Below, one piece after another: positions 51,633 to 61,604 of a stretch of 64,000 nt of DNA. The notes beneath the pieces were generated by a model. It did no database searches. It saw only the letters and a list, made by a program, of their open reading frames with translations, and was not told where the DNA came from. Both the position numbers and the translations under genes were made by a program. Source of the stretch: Candidatus Latescibacterota bacterium (GTDB lineage Bacteria; Latescibacterota; UBA2968; GCA-2709665); NCBI GenBank assembly GCA_965203805.1, contig OZ241917.1:4512001-4576000 (forward strand), read 5' to 3'. How positions within the stretch are numbered: the first letter of the stretch is position 1; every line of letters starts with the position of its first letter.

Positions 51633-53475
51633 GGCACATTGTTTTCCTTCTGGAGGAGTTCTCAATGGGCGGCTTTCTGGATGTCTTGCTGCCGAGAATT
51701 TTTCCGGATCTGTCCTTTCAGTGCGTGCCCCACGAGGGTAAACAAGACCTTGAGAAGAGTATCCCTCGCAAATTAAGGGCGTGGCGCGAGCCGGGTGTAC
51801 ATTTCTGCGTGATTCGGGATAACGATAGTGGCGATTGTCACGCACTGAAGGAAAGGCTTATCGCACTATGCGAGTCGGGCGGCCGGGATGACACCTTGAT
51901 CCGCATCGCTTGCCAAGAGTTGGAGGCCTGGTATCTGGGAGAACCGGATGCAATCGCGGAGGCGTTCGCTAACGACAAGCTGCGGATGATCGGAAAAAAA
52001 GCGCGATTTCGCGATCCAGACGCCGTCGTCAGACCATCTGCCGAAGTCCGAAAGCTCGTACCTGAATTCCAAAAGGTTTCGGGTGCTCGCCGCATTGCCT
52101 GCTATTTGACCCGCGACAGGAATAGGTCGGCTAGTTTCCGAAATCTTCTAGTACCCAATGACGGCTAAAGAGCCTCGTAGTCTGGATACAGTTTTTTCAG
52201 TTTGATGCGAGCATCGTTGGTCGTGAACCGCCAATTGACAGCCTTGCTTTTGTTGTTGCGGTCGTTTGTCCAGGCGGAGACCTGCTCTTTGAGGGATTCG
52301 ATATCGGGGATGCGTTCCTTCAAGCATTGGTTGCTCAAGACGCTCATTTCGATCTCGGCAATGTTGAGCCAGCTTCCGTGTTTGGGCGTGTAGTGGATTT
52401 CGAGACGCCTGGCCAGACGGCGCGCCTCTTCGGGTGGGAACGCCTTGTAGAGTGCCGCCTGCCTGCCGGCAGGCAGGCGGGCGTGTGCGTGTTGAGGTTA
52501 TCACACACCAACACGACGGTTTCAGCTTTTGGGTAGTCCGTATTCAGGAGATCCTTGATCTCCTGGGCCCAGTCCAGTGCGGTCTTGCGTTGTCTTACAC
52601 ACACCTTGCGCCAGCCCGAAAGCGGTTCGGTGAACATGAAGTTCACGGCGGTTCCGTTCCGTTCATACTCGTAGTCGTAGCGTTCAGGTTGGCCCCGACG
52701 TGTTGTGAGGGGAACACGCGTCTCCTTGACCAACTGCACCGGGTGTTCGTCCATATTGACCACGGGCCTCAAGGCGTCGTAGGGCCGCTGATAGACGTCC
52801 AGGATATCCTCCATCGCGGCGACAAACGCGGCGTTCTGCTTGGGCGGAATCACCCAGCACCTTCTCAGGTGAGGCTTAAGTTTGTTTTTTTTAGCGTCCG
52901 TTGCACCGTTCGATAGGAGATGCTATCGACGATCTCTAAAGCCACGAGTTCATCGGCTAAAAGCTTCAGCGTCCACCGCTTACGTCCCTTTGGAGGTTCA
53001 CTGCAAGCCAACGCGATCAATCGGGCTTCCTTCGCACCATCGAGCTTTCTTGGTGTGGGAGGATGCGCGCGCTTCTTTCGCTCGAGGGCCGAATCCAGGC
53101 CCTCCAGCACATAACGCTTCCGGATGTTCTCGACCGTTGACCGATTGAACGAAAAGGCCTCCGTGATCTGTCGATCCAACCAGGACGGACCCTCTGCATC
53201 GGCCTTGAGAAGCACGTGGGCGTGCCTGATTCGGAAGGCTTGTGTCTTGCCTTTGCTTACCAGATCCTGCAGTTGCTCGCGTTCTTCGGGACTCAGACGG
53301 ACAATGTATTTCTTCGGCATGCCGATGGCTCCTTTGTCTTCAGGGGAGACATCGAACTATAAGCACGTGCAGTCTTAGAAGTCAATAGGTACTAGACGGA
53401 ATCGAGCAATTATGGCAAGATTGCCTTTTCGAGAGTGAGTGTCGTCCATCAACCTTCGATGAGGGAAAGGGATAA
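51629..53475 (+). pseudogene. DUF4276-type (TOPRIM-like) partner with 3' end displaced by IS630
   Basis: LEE.S, EGK.DL, RDND, ELEAWYLG, NRS.SF; without the IS the frame continues LLDGIEQLW...GKG* overlapping the DUF499 ATG. Confidence 0.8.
52151..53392 (-). mobile_element. IS630-family element (orfA 52865-53320, orfB ending at 52165); transposase disrupted by 20-bp palindrome
   Basis: Imperfect TIRs GTACC.A.TGAC; TA (CTAG) at both ends; MDE, DNLNTH, SWLNIAEIE motifs; A-run frameshift site. Confidence 0.9.
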
Positions 53476-56400
53476 TGGCCGTTACCAACCGTGAACGCGT
53501 CGAAAAGGCGCTCGATCTATTGAAGGCGGGATTGGGTCCATTCGTCGATCGCGAAGTCAAAAGTGCATTCAAAGCAAAGCGATTGGACCAATACGGCTTC
53601 CACCATTATCAGGATGACGCAAAACTCAAAGGCAAGCCCGTTACCGAGTGGGATGCGGCCGCTTTGTTGAAGTTGATGTGGTCCACGTGGAACGACGTGT
53701 TCAAGTATACGCTCGGGCATATCGAACGTAGTCTCGTCTCCGAACTTCGCGACTGGCGCAATAAATGGGCGCACCAGGAACACTTTTCGAGCGACGATAC
53801 GGACCGGACCCTCGACTCCGCGGAGCGGCTGCTTACAGCGGTTTCGGCATCCCAGGCGGACCAGGTCAATCGAATGAAGGTGGAACTTCGCCGTCTGGTA
53901 TTTGACGAACAGGTCCGGGGGGAACAACGCAAGGCGGGGGCGCTTGTCGAGTCCCCGGGCGCACGCGCGTTGAAACCCTGGCGCGAGGTGGCAATGCCGC
54001 ACAAGGACGTCGCTACGGGCGGGTACCAGCAGGCGGAGTTCGCAGCGGATTTATGGCAGGTTCATCTTGGAGAGGGTTCGGACGAGTATCGCGACCCACA
54101 GGAGTTCTTCCGCCGCACGTATCTCACAGAAAGCCTGAGACGTCTGCTGGAAGGAGCGGCGAGACGTCTGGCAGGTACGGGAGGCGACCCGGTGGTGCAG
54201 TTGCAGACCAACTTCGGCGGCGGCAAAACGCACTCGATGTTGGCGCTTTACCATCTTTTTTCCGGAATAGCGTCCGGAGAGCTCGAGGGCATGGACGAGG
54301 TGCTGGCGGGCGCTGCGGTCGAAACGCCCCCGTCCGTACGGCGCGTGGTGCTGGTTGGAAACCGAATCTCACCGGGGAATCCAGTGGAAAAATCGGACGG
54401 CACGGTGGTGCGTACGTTGTGGGGCGAACTTGCGTACCAGCTTGGCGGTCGCGATGCGTTCGAGCGCCTCCGCGCGGATGACGAGAAGGCCACAAATCCT
54501 GGCGATACGCTGCGGGAATTGTTCAACGACTACGGACCTTGCGTGGTGCTCATCGATGAGTGGGTGTCATACGCGCGGCAACTGCACGATGAAGGCGACC
54601 TGCCCGGCGGCAGTTTCGAGACGCAGTTCACGTTCGCGCAGGCCCTCACCGAGTCGGTAAAACTCACGGGCAACTGCCTGCTGGTGATTTCGCTGCCGGC
54701 TTCGGACACGTCGGATTCGGGTTCGCCGCATACGGAGGCTGACGATGCGGAGGTGGGCGGTATTCGGGGCCGAAGCGCCCTCGAACGCTTGCGAAATGTA
54801 CTCGGGCGTGTGGATTCGCCCTGGCGTCCGGCGAGCGCCGAGGAAAGCTTTGAAATCGTACGGCGCAGGCTGTTCGAGCCGCTCGCGGGGACGGACGCCT
54901 TTAAGCAGCGCGATGTGACCGCGCGCGCTTTCGCGGATCTTTATCGCGTACAGCACGGGAATTTTCCGGCTGAGTGCCGCGCCATGGATTATCAGAAGCG
55001 CATGATGGCCGCGTACCCTATCCATCCCGAGATATTCGACAGGCTTTACACGGACTGGTCCGCGCTCGCCAGGTTCCAACGGACTCGCGGCGTTTTGCGA
55101 CTGATGGCCACGGTCATCCACAGTCTTTGGGAGAGTGGCGACCGAAATCCACTCATTCTGCCGTCCACCATACCCATTGACGATCAGCGGGTGCAGAATG
55201 AACTGACGCGGTATCTGCCCGAGAATTGGACGCCCGTTATCGAAAAAGACGTTGACGGTCCGGGCGCATTGCCGCTCAGGATCGACGCCGAAGTACCGCA
55301 TCTCGGGAAGCTTTCTGCTGCAAGGCGCGTGGCACGTACGGTCTATATCGGATCGGCGCCGACCCGTGCGGCGGCTCAGCGGGGTATCGACGACGCGCGG
55401 GTCAAACTGGGTTGCGCCATGCCGGGGGAGACGCCAGCGGTTTTTACGGACGCGCTTCGCCGGCTTGCGACGGCGGCAACCTATCTGTACCAGGACGGAC
55501 CGCGCGTGTGGTACGACACGCAACCGACGGTTACCAAGCTGGCCGAAGACCGCGCCGAGCAGTTGAGGACCCATCCCGACGAGGTGGCGGGCGAACTGGA
55601 AAAGCGACTCGAATCGGACTTGCGCACGGCCGGAGATTTCGAGCGTATCCACTCACTCCCCCGTTCGGGGGCGGACGTGCCCGACGATCTGGACGCGCGG
55701 CTGGTCGTGCTATCAGCGGAGCAACCGTATTCGAGAGAGCCGGACAACGTAGCGGAAGCCGCCGCAAAAGAGATCCTGGAGATGCGCGGCAACACGCCGC
55801 GGCTTTACCGGAATACGCTGGTTTTCCTCGCGGTGGACAAAGTGCGGTGGCAGGATATGGATGAAGCGCTTCGCAAGTATCTGGCGTGGAAGTCGATTGT
55901 CGAAGACAGGGTCGAACTCAATCTGGATCCGCATCAAGGCCGCCAGGCCGAGACTCAAAGGAATGCAGCTGACGACACCGTGACCGCTAGACTGCCAGAG
56001 GCGTATCAATGGCTGCTTGTGCCCGAGCAGTCCGACCCGCAGGCGGCGATGTCATGGAATGCGATCCGTCTGACGGCGTCTGGAGGGCTCGCCGAACGGG
56101 CTTCGAAGCGTCTGCGCAGCGACGAGATGCTGGTAATGGGGCTCGGTGCGAGTGTGCTGCGCAAGCATCTGGACGATGTGCCACTCTGGCGTGGCGATCA
56201 TGTCGAGGTACGGCAACTCGTTCGGGATTTTGGTCAGTTTCTCTACCTGCCGCGCCTGGCTGGGCCGGATGTGCTAATGCGCGCTATAGAGAACGGCGTG
56301 AATACCACTGACTGGAAAATGTACGGCTGCGCTGTTGCGGAGAGTTACGACGATAGCGAGAGCCGCTATATTGGGCTCCGGCACGCCGAAACGCTCAGTG

Positions 56401-56798
56401 TCTTACCGGAGAGCAGGCAACTGGTCGTGAAGCCAATAGTTGCTGAACAACAAATAGACGCGGAGAGAATAATAGAAGAAGGACCGGTGACGCCGGGCGG
56501 AGGTGGGGAAGAAAACGGAGGCGAAGATGATCCACATGTTCCGGATCAGCCACCCGAGCAGAAAGCCCGGCGGTACCATGGCTCCGTGACACTGAATCAC
56601 CAGCGCGTGGGTCGTGACGCGAGCCAGATCGCAGACGAGGTGATCGCACATCTGTCGGGGATCGTGGGTGCGGACGTGACGGTTACGCTGGAGATCCACG
56701 CGGAAATACCCGATGGAGCCCCTGAAAACGTGGTGCGGACCGTTACCGAGAACAGCCAGACCCTCAAATTCGAGAGCCACGGGTTTGAGGAGTCGTAA
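53475..56798 (+). CDS. Swt1-like HEPN plus DUF499 AAA+ ATPase (restriction-like system core gene)
   Basis: RNKWAH; PWREV..PH.DV, EFAADL, QTNFGGGKTH, IDEW, YPIHP, FQRTRGVLR. Confidence 0.9.
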   Translation: MAVTNRERVEKALDLLKAGLGPFVDREVKSAFKAKRLDQYGFHHYQDDAKLKGKPVTEWDAAALLKLMWSTWNDVFKYTLGHIERSLVSELRDWRNKWAHQEHFSSDDTDRTLDSAERLLTAVSASQADQVNRMKVELRRLVFDEQVRGEQRKAGALVESPGARALKPWREVAMPHKDVATGGYQQAEFAADLWQVHLGEGSDEYRDPQEFFRRTYLTESLRRLLEGAARRLAGTGGDPVVQLQTNFGGGKTHSMLALYHLFSGIASGELEGMDEVLAGAAVETPPSVRRVVLVGNRISPGNPVEKSDGTVVRTLWGELAYQLGGRDAFERLRADDEKATNPGDTLRELFNDYGPCVVLIDEWVSYARQLHDEGDLPGGSFETQFTFAQALTESVKLTGNCLLVISLPASDTSDSGSPHTEADDAEVGGIRGRSALERLRNVLGRVDSPWRPASAEESFEIVRRRLFEPLAGTDAFKQRDVTARAFADLYRVQHGNFPAECRAMDYQKRMMAAYPIHPEIFDRLYTDWSALARFQRTRGVLRLMATVIHSLWESGDRNPLILPSTIPIDDQRVQNELTRYLPENWTPVIEKDVDGPGALPLRIDAEVPHLGKLSAARRVARTVYIGSAPTRAAAQRGIDDARVKLGCAMPGETPAVFTDALRRLATAATYLYQDGPRVWYDTQPTVTKLAEDRAEQLRTHPDEVAGELEKRLESDLRTAGDFERIHSLPRSGADVPDDLDARLVVLSAEQPYSREPDNVAEAAAKEILEMRGNTPRLYRNTLVFLAVDKVRWQDMDEALRKYLAWKSIVEDRVELNLDPHQGRQAETQRNAADDTVTARLPEAYQWLLVPEQSDPQAAMSWNAIRLTASGGLAERASKRLRSDEMLVMGLGASVLRKHLDDVPLWRGDHVEVRQLVRDFGQFLYLPRLAGPDVLMRAIENGVNTTDWKMYGCAVAESYDDSESRYIGLRHAETLSVLPESRQLVVKPIVAEQQIDAERIIEEGPVTPGGGGEENGGEDDPHVPDQPPEQKARRYHGSVTLNHQRVGRDASQIADEVIAHLSGIVGADVTVTLEIHAEIPDGAPENVVRTVTENSQTLKFESHGFEES

Positions 56799-56861
56799 AG
56801 AGGCCAGCGGCGATGCGGTCTGGACGCCTATGCCGGCGAAGGCGAGGTTATTCCCGGGAAC

Positions 56862-57232
56862 GAGGGCATCCCTGCCCTCGCCGGCAGATGCGCGGAGCCG
56901 CGGTGCCGTCATTTCCGAAATGGAATTGGATGCAAAAGAAGCAGCAGGCCCTTGATATAGATATTGGTAGGTCCTGCGAAGTTCGAGGGCAGGGATGCCC
57001 TCGGTCCGGATACTGGTGGATCATGTACTGATGTAGGGCAGAATTCCCGTTTTGCGGGTAATGATCGGTCGATTGTCTTGGCCGGGTAACACGCAGGGCG
57101 TGCAAGGTGGCCGGAGGAAAAAACCGCGCACCTGCGGGAGGTCAATTCGAAGTAGCGATTCACGCCAAACAGGTGTTATTGGCGCAGTAGCAACGAATGC
57201 CATTCCCGGGAGCGAGGGCATCCCTGCCCTCG
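56862..57232 (+). repeat. ~370-bp direct repeat of 20641-21011 (REPIN unit, linker, REP arm)
   Basis: Colinear, including the non-REP linker CCGGGTAACACGCAGGGCGTGCAAGGTGGCC...GCAACGAATGCC. Confidence 0.92.
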
Positions 57233-57269
57233 ACACGTGACTCGAGGCCTGCAAATAGGAGGATAACTG

Positions 57270-57500
57270 ATGCCAGGGCAAGGATCAGCCGGCAATGTAC
57301 TTGCAGCCCTATGTAGCTTATTTGTACCCGGCTTGGGTCAGTTGCTTCAGGGACGATTCCTAATAGCCCTCATCCAGTTTTGCCTGGCGGCCGTACTTTG
57401 GATTTTCCTGTTGGGGTGGGTGATTCACCTGTGGTCAATTCTGGACGCGACTCGGTGGAAGCCGCCGGACAATTCAACTCGTGCGAGCAGCCCGGGTTGA
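57270..57500 (+). CDS. Small TM2-like membrane protein
   Basis: GGAGG RBS; AALCSLFVPGLGQL. Confidence 0.75.
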   Translation: MPGQGSAGNVLAALCSLFVPGLGQLLQGRFLIALIQFCLAAVLWIFLLGWVIHLWSILDATRWKPPDNSTRASSPG

Positions 57501-57630
57501 CTGCCCAATGCTCGACGGGCGGCCTGTGATCGAGGCGATGGTCACTGTGGTCGCCCAACACGACCGTTCAACTTCGGGGTCGCGGATTCAAGAGGGCAAG
57601 CGACGGTGCGGGCAGGACGCCGGTGGGGTG

Positions 57631-57657
57631 GGGGCTCTACGGGGTGCCCCTTTTTTT
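57631..57657 (+). terminator. Probable intrinsic terminator
   Basis: GGGGC...GCCCC followed by T7. Confidence 0.55.
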
Positions 57658-57677
57658 AGATGTGGGGGTGAACGCAT

Positions 57678-60600
57678 ATCGAATTCACCATTGGCCAAAT
57701 CGTACACCTTGTGTCCGACCCCTTGGTTAAAGGCGCGGTTATCAAGGTGTTGACCGGATTTCCAGAACCCCGTGTCGAGGTTTTCGTAAATGGAAAAACG
57801 CAGACTTTCTATGCCTCGCAACTTCAGGCAGAGAAAGAAACGGGAGATGATTTCCAGTTTCTTTCCTGTGATACGTTTCACGCCCATCTCACAGCACTTC
57901 AGATTCGCCATCCCAGCCTGTCAACTCTATATTCGCTGAATGCTGCAAGGGTTGATTTCATCCCCTACCAGTTTCGACCGGTGCTCAAGTTTATCCGCGC
58001 TGACCGTCCCCGGCTACTGATTGCCGATGGTGTCGGCGTAGGAAAGACAATTGAGGCAGGCCTGATTCTGCGGGAATTGCAGGCGAGGCGAGACATCCAA
58101 TCCGTTCTGATTATCTGTCCCCGACCATTGGTAACCGAGCGCAAATGGCAGAATGAGATGAAACGATTTGATGAGCGATTCACACATCTGGATGGTCCGA
58201 CCCTGAGATATTGCATCAATGAGACGCATCTGGAAGGCGTGTGGCCCCAGCAGCATCAGCGGACGATTCTGCCATATTCGCTGTTCGACGAGGCGCTACT
58301 TCACGGCTCGACGGGTAGAGTCAGCCCAAGGCACTTCAAGGGTTTATTGGATTTGGACCCGCCTCCACGATTCGACGTCGTAATCGTCGATGAAGCCCAT
58401 CACATCCGCAATCAGAGTACATACTCTCACCAGGCAGTGCGTTTCTTCTGTGACCACGCAGAGGCCGCGATTTTCTTAACCGCCACCCCAATTCAGCTTG
58501 GCAGCCATGACCTGTTCGTGTTGCTGAATGTGCTTCGGCCCGATCTCATCCGTGACTTCGAGAGCTTTCAACATATGGCGGAGCCGAACCCGTTTATCAA
58601 TCAAGCCGTCAATTACATTAGGGAACATGAGCCGGATTGGACGCGGCGCACTTCCGGAGCCCTTGAGCAGGCAGGTTCCACACAGTGGGGACAGGCAATC
58701 CTCAGCAGTAATCCTGAATTCAACAGGATTAAAGAACGACTTGCTGATGGACTATTTCCACCGGATGAGAGAGTGCAACTCATCTCGGACATTGAGGGAT
58801 TGCATACGTTTTCTGGTATAATCAACAGAACACGCCGTCGTGATATCGGCGCGTTCACAATAAGGAAACCCGATACCGTAGTTGTTGAATTTACTGCCGA
58901 GCAAAAACAGCTTCACGACGAGTTGCTCCAGGTTCAGGCGGAGAAACTCCGTATGCTGCACGGGGATATTAACGTCAAGTTTCTGATGTCGATGATAAGA
59001 CGTCAAGCCGCAAGTTGCCTCCATGGATTGGCGCCGTTTCTTGAAGATATCCTCAGCCGTCATTTAGACGAATTGGAATGGATCGAAGCCGACAATTCGG
59101 CGCAGATCCCATCAGAATTTGCAGTGGACTCGATAGAATCGCAGATCCAGGAGATACTTAAGAATGCACGATCTCTAGATCCTTATGATCCAAAGCTGGA
59201 AGCCCTTCGAAAGATCATCCTGGACAAGCAGAAGCTACCAAACAACAAGGTGATGCTGTTCAGCAGCTTTCGCCATACCCTCCGCTATCTTTATGCACAT
59301 CTGAGTGGAGACGACTTTCGCGTCGGTTTGATTCACGGTGGGACCCCCGATGAAGAACGAGTCGAACTACGCAGACGATTCGAAGGACCGCGCGGTGAAA
59401 GGGGCAGTCTCGATGTTCTACTGTTCTCGGAAATTGGCTGCGAAGGGCTGGATTACCAGTTTTGCGATTGCATCGTGAACTACGACCTTCCATGGAATCC
59501 TATGCGAGTCGAACAGCGGATTGGTCGTATAGACAGAGTCGGTCAGAAGAGTGAGACCGTCGCTATTGTAAACCTGATTACACCCGGAACCGTGGACGCG
59601 GACATCTATGAGCGCTGCCTTGTACGCATCGGCGTGTTCAATAGTGCCCTCGGCGCCAGTGAGGAAATACTAGGAGACATTACCAGAGAGATCCGGAATA
59701 TCGCGGAGAACTTCACACTTAGTGATTCAGACCGACATGCGCAGTTTCAACAATTGGCGGATAACAAGATCCGCACGATTCAGGAACAAGAAAAACTGGA
59801 AGAGAAGCAATTGGAACTCTTCGGAATTCGACTCCCCGAAGACCGAATGAAGCGGGAGATTGAAGACGCTTCCAGCTTCTGGCTGACTCCAACGTCTATT
59901 CAAAGGCTCGTAACGGTCTATTTGCAGAACGCTTGCGGTACGGATCACGAGTTCATTCTCGGTGAGAATCCCCTGAAAACGCTCCGTCTCTCTCAGGATG
60001 CGCGCAGCGCGATCCTGCGCGATTTTAGCCGAATCTCCAGAAAACGAGACTCTGTTTATCGGGAATGGGAGACATGGTTAAAGGGCGGAGATCCTCATTT
60101 GTCCATCACATTCGAATCGAATTGTGCAATCCAGAATCCCAATGCTGCATTCATAATGCCACTTCACCCTCTGGTGAAGCAGGCGGCTTTCTCGTTGGGC
60201 GGAAACGACCGGGTCTTTGTGAGCCTTGAGGTAAGAGATGACAAAGCGCCCGTTGGTAACAATAGTTTCGCCATCTACGAGTGGAGATTCCACGGCATAA
60301 GAGAAGACCTGAAGCTCAAAGCGGTCGCCTCATCAGAGGGTGTGACGACTCATTTGGATCGCTTGCTCGAAAAGGCGGTGGACGGCTCATCCACGAAGGC
60401 GCTAGCTAATGGCTCGCAAGACTGGGATGCACTCGATGCGCAGCACTATTCATTCTGGAATGACGCCCGGGCGAAGCACCGCGTACAGACGCAAGAACTC
60501 GTGGCATATAGGAGAGAAAGCCTGGCAGTAAGTCATAGAGCTCGACTAACGCTTCTTGAAGAACAGCTTGAAAAGGCGGAGGATGAAAGATTGCGACGCA

Positions 60601-60734
60601 TGCGGCGGTCGCAGATCGCTGCCGCGAATGCAGACTTCGCTCGGCACGAGGAAGAACTGAAGAATGCGTCTAAGCGGGTGGATATTACCGCGGAACCGGT
60701 GGCGTATGGGGTTTTGAACATATCGGGAGGTTAA
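57678..60734 (+). CDS. SNF2-family helicase (start uncertain: ATC 57678 or GTG 57711)
   Basis: LIADGVGVGKT, DEAH, TATP, EGLD, NYDLPWNP.RVEQRIGR. Confidence 0.88.
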   Translation: MEFTIGQIVHLVSDPLVKGAVIKVLTGFPEPRVEVFVNGKTQTFYASQLQAEKETGDDFQFLSCDTFHAHLTALQIRHPSLSTLYSLNAARVDFIPYQFRPVLKFIRADRPRLLIADGVGVGKTIEAGLILRELQARRDIQSVLIICPRPLVTERKWQNEMKRFDERFTHLDGPTLRYCINETHLEGVWPQQHQRTILPYSLFDEALLHGSTGRVSPRHFKGLLDLDPPPRFDVVIVDEAHHIRNQSTYSHQAVRFFCDHAEAAIFLTATPIQLGSHDLFVLLNVLRPDLIRDFESFQHMAEPNPFINQAVNYIREHEPDWTRRTSGALEQAGSTQWGQAILSSNPEFNRIKERLADGLFPPDERVQLISDIEGLHTFSGIINRTRRRDIGAFTIRKPDTVVVEFTAEQKQLHDELLQVQAEKLRMLHGDINVKFLMSMIRRQAASCLHGLAPFLEDILSRHLDELEWIEADNSAQIPSEFAVDSIESQIQEILKNARSLDPYDPKLEALRKIILDKQKLPNNKVMLFSSFRHTLRYLYAHLSGDDFRVGLIHGGTPDEERVELRRRFEGPRGERGSLDVLLFSEIGCEGLDYQFCDCIVNYDLPWNPMRVEQRIGRIDRVGQKSETVAIVNLITPGTVDADIYERCLVRIGVFNSALGASEEILGDITREIRNIAENFTLSDSDRHAQFQQLADNKIRTIQEQEKLEEKQLELFGIRLPEDRMKREIEDASSFWLTPTSIQRLVTVYLQNACGTDHEFILGENPLKTLRLSQDARSAILRDFSRISRKRDSVYREWETWLKGGDPHLSITFESNCAIQNPNAAFIMPLHPLVKQAAFSLGGNDRVFVSLEVRDDKAPVGNNSFAIYEWRFHGIREDLKLKAVASSEGVTTHLDRLLEKAVDGSSTKALANGSQDWDALDAQHYSFWNDARAKHRVQTQELVAYRRESLAVSHRARLTLLEEQLEKAEDERLRRMRRSQIAAANADFARHEEELKNASKRVDITAEPVAYGVLNISGG

Positions 60735-60737
60735 AGG

Positions 60738-61250
60738 TTGGGGAAGCTTATTGCGGAGAGGGAGTCGGTTGATCGCCCTGTCGTGTACCTGGAGACGACA
60801 GTCGTCAGTTACGTCACTGCCGAACCGAGCCGCGACGTTGTCATAGCGGGACATCAGCAATCGAGCCGGGAATGGTGGGCGTATGGAAGACAGAATTGTA
60901 GAGTTGTCGCATCCCAACTCGTACTCCAGGAAGCCGGTAAGGGCGATACACTGGCAATTCAGCGGAGAATGGACGTCTTGAAGGGCGTGGAATTGCTTGA
61001 GATCACTCAGGACGCGACGAACTTAGCGCGCGATCTGGTAGAGCATGGCGTCGTTCCTGGGACTTCCGTGGAGGATGCTTTACATGTTGCCGTCGCTGTG
61101 GTCAACGGTTGTAATTATCTGGTGACGTGGAACTATCGCCACCTGGCCGGTGCAGCAGTGAGGGCGCGAATAGAGGCGTTCTGTCGACATGAAGGACACG
61201 AACCGGCGATCATTTGTACGCCTGAGGAACTATTGGAGGATGAAATATGA
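60738..61250 (+). CDS. PIN-domain (VapC-like) toxin
   Basis: VYLETTVVSY, DALHVA.A, TWN.RH, ICTPEEL. Confidence 0.85.
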   Translation: MGKLIAERESVDRPVVYLETTVVSYVTAEPSRDVVIAGHQQSSREWWAYGRQNCRVVASQLVLQEAGKGDTLAIQRRMDVLKGVELLEITQDATNLARDLVEHGVVPGTSVEDALHVAVAVVNGCNYLVTWNYRHLAGAAVRARIEAFCRHEGHEPAIICTPEELLEDEI

Positions 61251-61444
61251 AAGGCGATCCCATTGTCGCAGAAGTGCGGCAAATCAGACATGAGCATGCG
61301 GCACGGTTCAAGTACAATCTGGATTTGATTGTGGAAGATCTGAAAGCGCAGGAACAGGCAAGCGGCCGACTTTACGTCAGATTGCCACCGCGTCCTCTTG
61401 TCGGTAAGCAGCCAATGCCACCAGGCGCCGCCAGTGCAACTTGA
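61247..61444 (+). CDS. Putative antitoxin of the PIN toxin
   Basis: ATGA coupling; DPIV.EVR.IR...A..F. Confidence 0.7.
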   Translation: MKGDPIVAEVRQIRHEHAARFKYNLDLIVEDLKAQEQASGRLYVRLPPRPLVGKQPMPPGAASAT

Positions 61445-61603
61445 GGAACAGCTCGAATAAGCGCGCGATGGAAAGCTGCAACAAATGCGGCTGCGAAGGT
61501 CGACTACGCTCGGCGAAACCAGGAACTCGAGGCTGCGATGGATCGAGTTGACATTACCGCGGAACCGGTAAGGTATGGGGTCGTGGAAATCAAGGAGATG
61601 TGA
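61440..61603 (+). pseudogene. Degenerate copy of the 3' end of the 57678-60734 helicase
   Basis: CTTGA.GAACAGCT.GAA and ATTACCGCGGAACCGGT..GTATGGGGT shared with ~60555-60734. Confidence 0.75.
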
Positions 61604-61604
61604 A

